Virus record (IMG/VR): IMGVR_UViG_3300005512_000273
Location: 1-27,164 of that record
Length of the DNA stretch: 27,164 nt
Direction: 5' to 3' (one strand)
Source of the DNA: a virus
Taxonomy: Duplodnaviria; Caudoviricetes
In this document: positions 15,372 to 25,400 of the stretch, one piece after another
Numbering within the stretch: the stretch's first letter is position 1
Layout of the letters: each line of letters starts with the position of its first letter
Notes under the pieces: generated by a model
Seen by the model: the letters and a program-made list of their open reading frames with translations, nothing else
Told to the model about the DNA's origin: nothing
Database searches by the model: none
Program-made: the position numbers and the translations under genes

Positions 15372-15735
15372 ATGAAAGTTGACATCTTAACATATTGCGA
15401 GACCGATGGCATTAAGACGTTCAGGGATTCGTTCATCATGGGTCTGTATGACCGGATGGTTAAAGACGGGACTGCCAAAACGGTTTTTTATGCCGGCCAC
15501 GTTACCACAAGAGACCATTTTTTTAAAATATATCAAATCCGAGGACCTGGCGTTTTATGTGCTGGCGGTTGAGGGCAAGGTCGTGGGCATGACCTGGCTC
15601 GATCACAGCGGAGCACTTAGGGCAAAACTCACAGAAGACAACGAAATCAACGAATTGATTTTTTCCAGGATTACGGCACTTGAAATTGAAAACACGAAAT
15701 TAAAGAATAGGATAAGTGTATTAGAGGATGCTTGA
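15372..15735 (+). pseudogene. Frameshifted, truncated GNAT paralogue fused to an unrelated coiled-coil tail
   Basis: 15372 frame aligns with the N-terminus of 15920..16456; similarity continues in the +1 frame after the T7 run at 15518-15524 (HFLKYIKSEDLAFYVLAVEGKVVGMTWLDH) and stops near 15606. Confidence 0.7.
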
Positions 15736-15923
15736 AACATTACAAAATAGGAGACAGCATAATGGAACTTTCACCAGACGAACTATTTAAAATTATCGGC
15801 ATAAAAGAAGTAGAGATACTACTATTAAAATCTGAGATGACCAAGAAGGATGATGCCATAAAAGAGATGGAGAAACGGCTCGCCGCTGTGGCCGCCAGAA
15901 AAGAACCCACGGATAAAGAATGA
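15732..15923 (+). CDS. Small coiled-coil hypothetical protein
   Basis: 63 aa; 4-nt overlaps with both neighbours; ELFKIIGIKEVEI followed by heptads; start could be ATG 15762. Confidence 0.5.
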   Translation: MKHYKIGDSIMELSPDELFKIIGIKEVEILLLKSEMTKKDDAIKEMEKRLAAVAARKEPTDKE

Positions 15924-16456
15924 ATCTCCAGATAATCCCATATACAGAAGTCGATGGCGTCAGGACGTTTAAGGATTCTGAAATTAAAGAACTTTTTTTC
16001 CAGACCCAGGTTGATGGTTTGGTTAATGTCGTTTTTTATGACGGTGGAGTCCATACAGCCGACGCCTTTTTAAGCATGATGAAATCTCCAGGATGCCTGA
16101 TGTGGATATGTATGGATGGGGAAGATACCGTTGGATACACATGGTTAAATCGGTTTGAAAATCATACCGCAAGACAACATTTCTGTTTCTTTAAAGATTA
16201 TTGGGGTAAGTCAATCGACTTCGGGAAATATGGTTTAAAAACATTTCTTACAATGAAAGATCGAGATGGAAACTACATTTTTGATCTGCTAACCGGATAC
16301 CTCCCTGTCTGGAATATAAAGGCCCGACAATTTGTAGAGAAGTGTGGCGCAAAAACTCATGGGATTATTCCTAATGGGATATGGAATGGGATCACCAAAC
16401 AAAGCGAACCAGCAGTGTTTATTTATTACACAAGGGAGTGTTTCGAATGCAATTAA
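15920..16456 (+). CDS. GNAT-fold acetyltransferase-like protein
   Basis: VGYTWL...ARQHFCFFKDYWGK...LTGYLPVWNIKARQFVEKCG...G.IP pattern; usual position before podovirus ejection genes. Confidence 0.7.
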   Translation: MNLQIIPYTEVDGVRTFKDSEIKELFFQTQVDGLVNVVFYDGGVHTADAFLSMMKSPGCLMWICMDGEDTVGYTWLNRFENHTARQHFCFFKDYWGKSIDFGKYGLKTFLTMKDRDGNYIFDLLTGYLPVWNIKARQFVEKCGAKTHGIIPNGIWNGITKQSEPAVFIYYTRECFECN

Positions 16457-17340
16457 ATTTAATGAACATGGATGCGGATTGGGCTATTAATCCCCTTGAG
16501 CACAAAGGTATTCAGGCGATGGGTGGCGGCAGTGGTGGCGACTCATATGACGCTGCGTATAATGCACGTATGGCGACCATTGCAGAGTCCATGTCAGAGA
16601 TGGGCGACGAGTATTTTGATTTTTGGAAAAGCGGCGCTGATGTCGGGCATTATGAAACTAAAGAGAATACAACCGAGGGCCATTACGAAACCAGGATTAT
16701 CCCAGGTTATTCAGCGAGTGATGGCCGCCGTGGTGAAGGTGCCACGCAGGAAAGAACCGAAGAAGTCTGGGTGCCGGGCGAGACCACGACCGAGCAAGTA
16801 TGGGTTGTGGATGAAGACAAGGCCGGGTATCGGGACATGGAACAGGCCCAGATTGACGCGAATATTGATCTCATCGGGTACGAGAAAGAGCTTGATTCAG
16901 CCAGGATCAGGCAGGAAATGGAACTTCTACCGGGTCAAACCGCGCTCACGGGAGAGCAAATCGCGGCAGCACGAGAACTCCTGCCAGGCCAGACAGCGCT
17001 TACCGGGGCTCAGAATGCAGACGCCATGACAGCTATCGGGGAACGGGCACCTGTCAGGGCAAAATTCTATGACGAGTCCCTTAAAGGGGTTGATATAGAC
17101 AGCCGCGTGAATAGGGCCGCTGCTGACGCTGCCCACGCTTTTATGAACTCTCAGGGCACATTAAATCGGACCATGGCAAGGCAGGGTGTCAATCCGAACT
17201 CAGGCCGGTTTGCTGCCATGTCTACCGCAAACTCCATTGACAGGGCGAAAGCCATTGGCGGCGCAAAAACAACGGCAAGAGAAAACGCCGAACAAGAAAA
17301 CTTTGGTCGCTTACAGGCTGCCATGGGAGGGGGTGCATAA
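16447..17340 (+). CDS. Putative internal virion/ejection protein
   Basis: AAGGGAG RBS favours ATG 16447 over 16381; MGGGSGG segment, Ala-rich helices, R.MARQGVNPNSGRF motif; internal ELLPGQTALTG repeat. Confidence 0.65.
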   Translation: MQLNLMNMDADWAINPLEHKGIQAMGGGSGGDSYDAAYNARMATIAESMSEMGDEYFDFWKSGADVGHYETKENTTEGHYETRIIPGYSASDGRRGEGATQERTEEVWVPGETTTEQVWVVDEDKAGYRDMEQAQIDANIDLIGYEKELDSARIRQEMELLPGQTALTGEQIAAARELLPGQTALTGAQNADAMTAIGERAPVRAKFYDESLKGVDIDSRVNRAAADAAHAFMNSQGTLNRTMARQGVNPNSGRFAAMSTANSIDRAKAIGGAKTTARENAEQENFGRLQAAMGGGA

Positions 17341-17606
17341 TGTATCAAGTTGAAAATCCAATGGACAAGGCCATGGGTGCCAAGCAGCAGTCATCTGCTA
17401 CCTATGGGAAAATGCAGCAGAAAATTGATAAGCCCGGTCCGAGTGTGGGTGGTGCTGCCATGTCAGGATTGAGTGGAATGGGCACCATGGCGGCCATAGG
17501 CGGTACAAAAATGGGCGCTGCAGCATTAGGAGCAATTGGGCTTGGCGGAACAGTCGGACTGGGTGTCGGCGCTCTTGTCGGCATCGGATCATATTTATTT
17601 TCTTAG
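17340..17606 (+). CDS. Small Gly/Ala-rich hydrophobic protein (glycine zipper), putative ejection protein
   Basis: TAATG overlap; GAAALGAIGLGGTVGLGVGALVGIGSYLF C-terminus. Confidence 0.65.
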   Translation: MYQVENPMDKAMGAKQQSSATYGKMQQKIDKPGPSVGGAAMSGLSGMGTMAAIGGTKMGAAALGAIGLGGTVGLGVGALVGIGSYLFS

Positions 17607-17615
17607 GAGATTATT

Positions 17616-19415
17616 ATGCCGGATAGATGGGGAAGGATAACAGCAGACGATTGGGGCGCGGCAACTGGCATGATCAATCAGATCCAGGCCATGGGCCAGC
17701 GGAACACAGCGTTTAATAACAGGCAGAAAGACCGGGAAGCCGACGAGAAACTTCGGTCCGATATTGAAACGAACTACCAGGGGTATAAGGCCGGGCCTCA
17801 ACCGGTGCCCTATGGGGATGGCAATATATATGATGCTCCCGGGGAAATGAAGGCGTTTAAAGGCGTTGGAACCGGTCAGGCCCAGGTTGCAGGCAAACAA
17901 TTATATGCACAGGACCTGCAGGCGGACCAGGCCATAGAAGGCCAGAGACGGTCAAAGGCGGTCACTGAAAAAGAAAATGAGCTATGGCGGAAAATCGGTG
18001 CCATGTCACCAGAGGACAGAGACGCCTTCTTTGAAGGATACACACCTCAGTCCAGGGAGGATTTCATGGCATTCCAGACCGTTGGAGAAAGCCTTGAAGC
18101 CAATGATCAGGTGAGACATGCAAAATTAAAAAAGAACGCCGATAAGGGGACCCAACTTTTCAAAAAATACAACTCAACTCTTCGTGGTGGGCTGGGCTTT
18201 TTAAAGAAAGGGATCACCCCTCTTGCCGAAAGATACCTTGAAGCCGCTGTCAATGAGTCCCATCACCCATTGGCTGTTCAGAAAAACACCAACGGGACAT
18301 ATGACCTTGTGTACGAAGAAATGGGGAAACCGCCGATCACAATTGGCGATGACATCACACTTGAACAGGCATATAAAAAAGCACTTGATATCCCCGCAAA
18401 AGCATTTGTGTCTGATTTTGTCGGCCAGCGAGCGGCCATTGCAAAACTGAACCGGGAAGCCCCGTGGGTGCAGTGGGCAAAAGGCAAAGAGACATATGAC
18501 GTCAAGACCGTGTATGACCCTGAACATCCAGTGACAGGACGGGACGTTATTTATAAAAAAGGAGGAGGTATCGCCACAAAAGAAGACGGTTCTCCGATGA
18601 CAGTGGCTGATTTGACCTCAAATGGGTTCAGACCCATGAGGTCTCATGACCGGGCGAACCAGGGTGGCGAGGCACAACAAATGGCCGCCATGACCAAGGC
18701 ATACCAAACCGCATTTAAGAACGCGGCAGAAGTGTTCAAGCCGTCCGGGTCTTCCACCGGCACCGAAGCGTTAATGAAAAGCATGGAATCAGGGGAGCAA
18801 ACGCCTGAAACACAGAATATGTATCAAGCCATGCTGGATTATTACCACGGGAACAAGGGCAAAAAACTGGAAGGCGCGGCCAGGGACAAGTTCAAGGTTG
18901 CGGAAAAGGGCATTGAGGCTATGCGGATGCTGTATCAAATAACCGCGCCCAAACCAGGCCCGGACACCCCACCGGTTGACGGTGCCAGGAAGGCAAAAGA
19001 CGGTTTCTGGTATGTCCGGCAGGGTGACGGCTGGTCCAGGGTCCACACTGGAAAGGACGGTCACTCCCCCCAACGGATTGCTGCGGAAGTTTCAGGCACC
19101 CATGGAGAGAGAACGGCCATGGGTGGTCCCGGGGAAGACCTGCCGGTTGAGCCACCACAACCGCAGGTGGAGGCAAACTCCCCGGCGATCAGGCCGGAAC
19201 TCCCACAGGATATAAGCACCTGGAATGTAAAGATCATTCCACAGAACGGCAGGCAGATACCGGTTGTTATAACGGAGCGAGGCCCGATCCCATTAACCCC
19301 GGAAGAAATCGAACTGTATAAGCAGTTTTCTTCACAACAAAGAAACCAGGCCATTGGCGCTGGTGTAGATTGGTTTCAAAAGAACGCCACAGGAACTCAA
19401 CAACTCCCACAATAA
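17616..19415 (+). CDS. Putative internal virion/ejection protein (599 aa)
   Basis: AGGAG RBS; Q/A/K-rich helical composition; position before the giant internal protein. Confidence 0.6.
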   Translation: MPDRWGRITADDWGAATGMINQIQAMGQRNTAFNNRQKDREADEKLRSDIETNYQGYKAGPQPVPYGDGNIYDAPGEMKAFKGVGTGQAQVAGKQLYAQDLQADQAIEGQRRSKAVTEKENELWRKIGAMSPEDRDAFFEGYTPQSREDFMAFQTVGESLEANDQVRHAKLKKNADKGTQLFKKYNSTLRGGLGFLKKGITPLAERYLEAAVNESHHPLAVQKNTNGTYDLVYEEMGKPPITIGDDITLEQAYKKALDIPAKAFVSDFVGQRAAIAKLNREAPWVQWAKGKETYDVKTVYDPEHPVTGRDVIYKKGGGIATKEDGSPMTVADLTSNGFRPMRSHDRANQGGEAQQMAAMTKAYQTAFKNAAEVFKPSGSSTGTEALMKSMESGEQTPETQNMYQAMLDYYHGNKGKKLEGAARDKFKVAEKGIEAMRMLYQITAPKPGPDTPPVDGARKAKDGFWYVRQGDGWSRVHTGKDGHSPQRIAAEVSGTHGERTAMGGPGEDLPVEPPQPQVEANSPAIRPELPQDISTWNVKIIPQNGRQIPVVITERGPIPLTPEEIELYKQFSSQQRNQAIGAGVDWFQKNATGTQQLPQ

Positions 19416-19427
19416 GGATTCCCAGAA

Positions 19428-22400
19428 ATGCCATTATTTTTTGAGCCAGTTGACCACGACCCCTTTGCCGACGATTCCGCACCGGCAAACCAAACCATTA
19501 CCCTTGAAAAGGTCGGATATAACCCTTTCCCGGAAGATGAACAGCCGGTAGAAGAAGAATCCCCAACCGGAGCGATGGGCGCATTATATGGTGGAGTAAA
19601 GAACACTCTTCGAACCATGGGGACCGCCATTGATGTTGCAACAGGCGATGATGCAGGCGTTATGGAAACTGCAAGACAGAGCATAGCCCATCCAAACATG
19701 ACCCCGGCACAAGGCGATTTTAGGGCGACTTTAGCAGAGTACGGAGACCCTGACGGTGTGTGGGATGCAATTAAAAATGTGGCAAAGGCCGCATGGGAAG
19801 AGCCAAAAGGGGCATTACATGAAACCCTGTCCCAATTGCCGAATTCAGGCGTTATCATCGGGAGCATGAGTGCAGGCGCTGGTATAGGCACAATGATCGG
19901 TGGACCAGTCGGAACATTAGTTGGCGGCATAGCTGGCCTTTTTGTAGGGAATAGTTCAATCGAAACGGGGGCTATCGCAAATGAAAAGGCAATGGAAGGA
20001 GAATATGACCGTGGAGAGGCGATAGCGGGCGGGTTGGTAAAGGGCGGTGTGATTACTGCCGTTGATACTGCCACCTTGGGCCTTACTAAATGGTTGACCG
20101 GCACAGCAGGCAGGGCTACCACTCAAGCCGTTAACCGGGTTTTAGCCAACAAGGGTGTGAATATAGCCGACAAGGTTGCTGTTAAAGCGGCTTTGACGGA
20201 TAAGGTTATTTTCAGAGAGGCTAAGGAAGCCGGAAAGATTGCGGCGGAACAGGCATCTAAGGGCGTTATGCCGACATTGGGCCATGTCGGGTCATTTGCC
20301 GGTGAGGTCGCAGGAGAGGGCGTCGGGGAACATTTGGGCAGCACGCTTGCGCCTGGAATTGAAGCTGATTTGACGGACTCTGTTTTAGAATCATTGATGT
20401 CAGGGCCTCAAAGCATTGCCGAAGTAGGGGTGGGTAAAAGCCTCAACCTCTTGGACAAAAAACCAATAGATGATGCAGGCAATGACCTTGACCCTGACAA
20501 AGGGTTCGGCGGTGAAGATATCGGCGCCCAAGCTGACCAGGCACCAGTTCTGTTCGAAGGGATTGCAGAAGCAACCTCACACTTACCTGCGATGGAAGAA
20601 GAGTATTCCGAGAACATCCCGTTCCATGTCAAGAACATGAACGAGATTAATAACCAGAACATCATTAACGCCACCGAGTTTGAGACTGAATTAGAACCGC
20701 GTGACGTTCAGAGTCGGCAGGCCAACCAGGCCATGATTGATCAGACCAATATTCCGACAAATGCAGGCATTGACCTTTTGGCAAAAGATATCATGCAGGA
20801 CAAGATTGCCAGGAGTGAAACCGCATTAAACCAGCGACAGCAGGCCATGGGCCGGGCAGGGATGTACCAGTTCCAGCAGGGCATGGAGAACCAGCCGGGA
20901 GAAATGATGCCACAGGACGCGGCGACGGGATACGCCCCGGACGCAGCCGAAGACAGGCGGCAACAGGTGGTGGGTAGATCAGTCCAGGCGCTTGACCGAC
21001 GCAATCAACTCATGAGGCAGGCTGATCAGCCCGTCATGCAGAGGGCCATGGAGCAACAGCCGGACGCCTCATCCATGCCTTTACCAGGTGATATGCCGGG
21101 GTTCCAAAGAGGCATGGAAAATAATGGGGACGGTGGGAGATATCTTCCTTTTGCCGGGCTGGCTGATATGCTGCCGTCAGAAGTAACCTTGGCTGACCAG
21201 GACCAGAGCAGCTATGACGACGGCATTGATGTGGGTGCGGCAGACTTTGAGCCGTCATCTGTCAGGGACAATAGGAAATTCCAAACCGCACTATCAGATA
21301 ATTTCGGGAATCAAGACTTGCCTGCAGAAGGGATAACGGCAATGCGCCCGGTGTTTGAGCATGAGGTAGGACCGGACGAGGTGAACACGGAACCAACAGA
21401 CGCCCAGAAGGCAGCCGGGAATTATAAAAAATCTCATATCAAGATTGACGGGCTTGATATTTCCATTGAAAACCCGGACGGGTCCACCCGGAAAGGAAAG
21501 GACAAATCCGGGAAAGAATGGGAATCAACCATGTCCGGGCACTATGGATATTTTAGGAGATCCGAGGGCAAAGACGGGGATCAGGTTGACGTTGTGGTTA
21601 AGCCCGGGACCGAGACAAGCCCACAGGTGTTTGTTGTGGATCAGGTGGACCCTGAGACGGGCAAATTTGATGAACATAAGGTCGTCATGGGCACTGAGTC
21701 GGAAGAAGAGGCAAAGGCCCTGTACCTGTCAAATTATGAAGACGGCTGGCAGGGGTTTGGGGCCATTACCCGAATGGATCAGGCCGAGTTCAAGGACTGG
21801 CTGAAGGATGGGAAGCGGACAAAGAAGCCTTTGGGCACGCCTGAAACGAAACAGCCCGTTTCACCACCCGCCGTTGAAACGGCAGACATCATCCAGACGA
21901 ATAAAACAGATGATGGGGAGGTTGAGTTCTATATTACAAAAAGCCGGGTCGATGGTAAATACAGCGTGTCAATGATCGATGTTGATTCTCGCATGAACAT
22001 TGGTGCAACACGGTTTAAAGATGAGGCCAGCGCCAGAGATCATTTCAAAAAACAGCTTGATGAATATAACAATTACAACACCCCCGCCGCCTCTGACACA
22101 AGCGCAACGCCGGGGGTTACTTTCTCCCCAGGCGCAAAAGTCTCCTGGACCGACAAAAAAGGCAATGAGTTTTCAGGCAAGCTGACCAAGAAGGTCAAGT
22201 CGAACTGGTTTATTGATGTGGGCAAGGCAAAACCCGTGTTGATGCCGGAAAGTAAGTTGGCGGCAGTCGAATCTGAGAAAGAACCAGAATTGCCCACAGA
22301 TCCAGGGTTTATCCCCAACGTGGTTGGCAAAAACAGCAGGGGTGAAGAAATAATCACATACCCTGTCCAGCCCAACAAGCGGTGGATTGAAGGTGAAAAC

Positions 22401-25400
22401 GGGTCCTTGAGCGGAACAGAAGCCCTGCCGGAACAGCTGTTCAAAGAGGGCAGGACCCGGTTCCTGACAAAAGAAGAACAGCACACGCAGGCCATGCTTG
22501 CACAGCAGAAAGCTGAATCAGAGGTTGAGGCGGAGAAGGAAACTCCGGAACCCTCCACTGAAGGGATGTCTCCTGAGCTGGCATATCGGACAAAGTACCG
22601 TCATTGGGTGGAAACCGGGAAAAAGGGCAATCGCCCGTCTGTTCCCGGGCATTTGCCGATTCATGCCATGGAGAATATTCAAAAGTCAGTCGAGCGAGAC
22701 CTTGAGTATGACCGGGGAAAGCGGGAGGAAAACCAGGCCGTTAAGGTCTTCGCCAATAACATGGTTCACCAATGGGAAAAGGATACCGGTAGTCCTGCCA
22801 GTGAAGCCCGGAAAAAAGACTTGGAGCAGACCGGTAAAGAGCTTGCCCGGCAGATAAAAGAGCGTGACTTTCAAGCACTCACCGACCGCATGCACCGGGG
22901 GAATCCAGAATCCCTGCGGATGTTCCGGACACTTACCGGGGAATCAACCCAAAACGCTGATGCCATTAAAGCAAATATCCGGTCCCTTGATCCTGAAGAA
23001 TACGACGCATGGGATAAGGCCCGGAAGGAACTGGCTGCCAAGGATCAGGCAGACAAGGAAGAGGCAGAAGCAAAAAAAGCCCGTGAGGAAATGCTGAACC
23101 GTCCGGTAAATGAGCGGTTCAGTGACGAAACATGGGGTGATTGGGTAACCAGGCTGATTGAAGAAGGCCATGAGCTGAGAGAAGAAAAGCGCGGGTTTGC
23201 CACTGTTCTTACACTGAGCAAAGGGAACAATTTATATTCCTTTAAGACCAAGCAGGAACAGGAGTACGTCCAGGAACAGTACGACAAACTTTCCAGTGAG
23301 AAGATCCGGAATGAACTGGATGCAGAAGAAAAGGACAGGCAGGACAACCCGGATAAGTATATCACGGACGAGCAGGCGGATGAGCTGTTCGGGAAAAAGC
23401 CGAAGGAAGAAACACCCCAACAGGCCCCGACATCCGATGGTGAACAAATTATTCCAAAAGAAACATTAGCAAAGGCACGGTTAGAAGCAAAGGCCCTGTA
23501 CCTGTCAAATTATGAAGACGGCTGGCAGGGGTTTGGGGCCATTACCCGAATGGATCAGGCCGAGTTCAAGGACTGGCTGAAGGATGGGAAGCGGACAAAG
23601 AAGCCTTTGGGCACGCCTGAAACGAAACAGCCCGTTTCACCACCCGCCGTTGAAACGGCAGACATCATCCAGACGAATAAAACAGATGATGGGGAGGTTG
23701 AGTTCTATATTACAAAAAGCCGGGTCGATGGTAAATACAGCGTGTCAATGATCGATGTTGATTCTCGCATGAACATTGGTGCAACACGGTTTAAAGATGA
23801 GGCCAGCGCCAGAGATCATTTCAAAAAACAGCTTGATGAATATAACAATTACAACACCCCCGCCGCCTCTGACACAAGCGCACCGATGGGGGTTACTTTA
23901 CCCGGAAAGGTTGATGATGTCAAATTCCAAACCGCCTACCACGGGACACCGCACACATGGACCCCTGAGCCTGGGTTTCCTAACGGCAGGCCCAGGCTTG
24001 ATAAGATAGGGACCGGGGAAGGTGCTGCGGCTTACGGGCATGGGTGGTATTCGGCTGACTCTGAAGGGGTGGCAAACACTTATCAGAAAAGTATCAAAAA
24101 ATCTGGGTGGCGTGACGATGTTTGGGAGATGGCCATCCAATACCTTGATGAATATGCTTCAGATTTGCCGATCAAAAATGGGCAAGAAATAAAAGACTTG
24201 GCGGTTGAAACCATTGAAGAAGTAATCGCCAATGAAAACAATACAGGCTCTATTCAATTTGCAAAAGAGTTACTGTCCGTTGTGTCAAATATGAATCCGG
24301 CGAAATTCTCAGCAAAAGACGGAAAGGTTTATTACGATGGAATGGCATACGAAGAATCTGTCGGAAACAAGACTGGGTATCTTTCGTATGGCGACATCTA
24401 CAAGCTCGACATTCCGGACGAAGTAATTCCCAAGCTGCTTGATTGGGATAAGCCTCTTTCTGAGCAGAGTGGATATGTGAAATCCGCACTAAAAAATTTG
24501 AATAGTGACGGGAGAATCACAAATAAAACATATGATTCGTGGGTAAACGAGCTTTACAAAAAAGATAAAACCGGGTCAGCTCTGTACACCCTCCTGTCAA
24601 CCCAGATAGCAGCAAGCGATGGCAAAAATGCACATGTAGGAGACGACAAAGCCGCCTCAGAATATCTCGCCTCAATAGGCATCCCCGGCAACAAATACCT
24701 GGACGGAATGAGCCGGGGCAAAGGTGAAGGCAGTTATAATTATGTATTGTGGGATCAGGCTGTACTTGATCAAGTGGCCCTGCTTGAAAGAAATGGTGAA
24801 AAGTTAGAGGCGATACAGGCCGCCTATCAAACCAAATTGGCAGACACCGGCGAAAAGGGTAATATCAAATCAGTGACAGACAAAACGGGGAAGGCCGACA
24901 TACCCACTGTAAAAAACCCGCAGGCCGATGGTGGGAAAATTATATATGCTGGTACTTACGGAGAACCGGCAACAGAAATTATCCCATATGGAACCGACCT
25001 ACCTGGACATCGGGATAATATCTTTGGCGGTATTTTTGGGACATTCAATAAACACGAAACCGGGGCGCATGGCAATAAAGTCCAAACAATATTATCTCCG
25101 AACCATATAACCGCTGAAAATTTTAGAGCGCAAGCCCTTGGCGACGATTGGGGAAAAACACAAGAATATATAAAAGACATCTTCCACTATGAAGAATTAA
25201 CAGATTCAGAAATAGAGGAGCTCGCTGATTATATTTTTGAGGATAAAAATCTAAATGACACTGATCCCGACATGGGAACAGAAAGGTTTTCTGAAATTGT
25301 TCTTGGAGATATCCAAGATTGGACATTGCAGGGTGTCAAAGGCGAAATAGCAAGGAGATTTGGCTATACAAGCGTTGGCATGAAAGATGAACATGGCGAA

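Noticed and set aside
15518-15528. TTTTTTTAAAA as a programmed -1 frameshift
   Set aside because: GNAT similarity resumes in the +1 frame, not -1, and the product would still be truncated
19397-20122. 241-aa minus-strand ORF and other antisense ORFs (e.g. 8900..9433, 8334..8828, 22073..22558)
   Set aside because: They shadow well-supported + strand genes and have no recognisable motifs
13513-23882. Repeats as DGR template/variable regions or a CRISPR array
   Set aside because: Copies are identical rather than adenine-mutated, there is no repeat-spacer pattern, and no reverse transcriptase or cas gene is in the window
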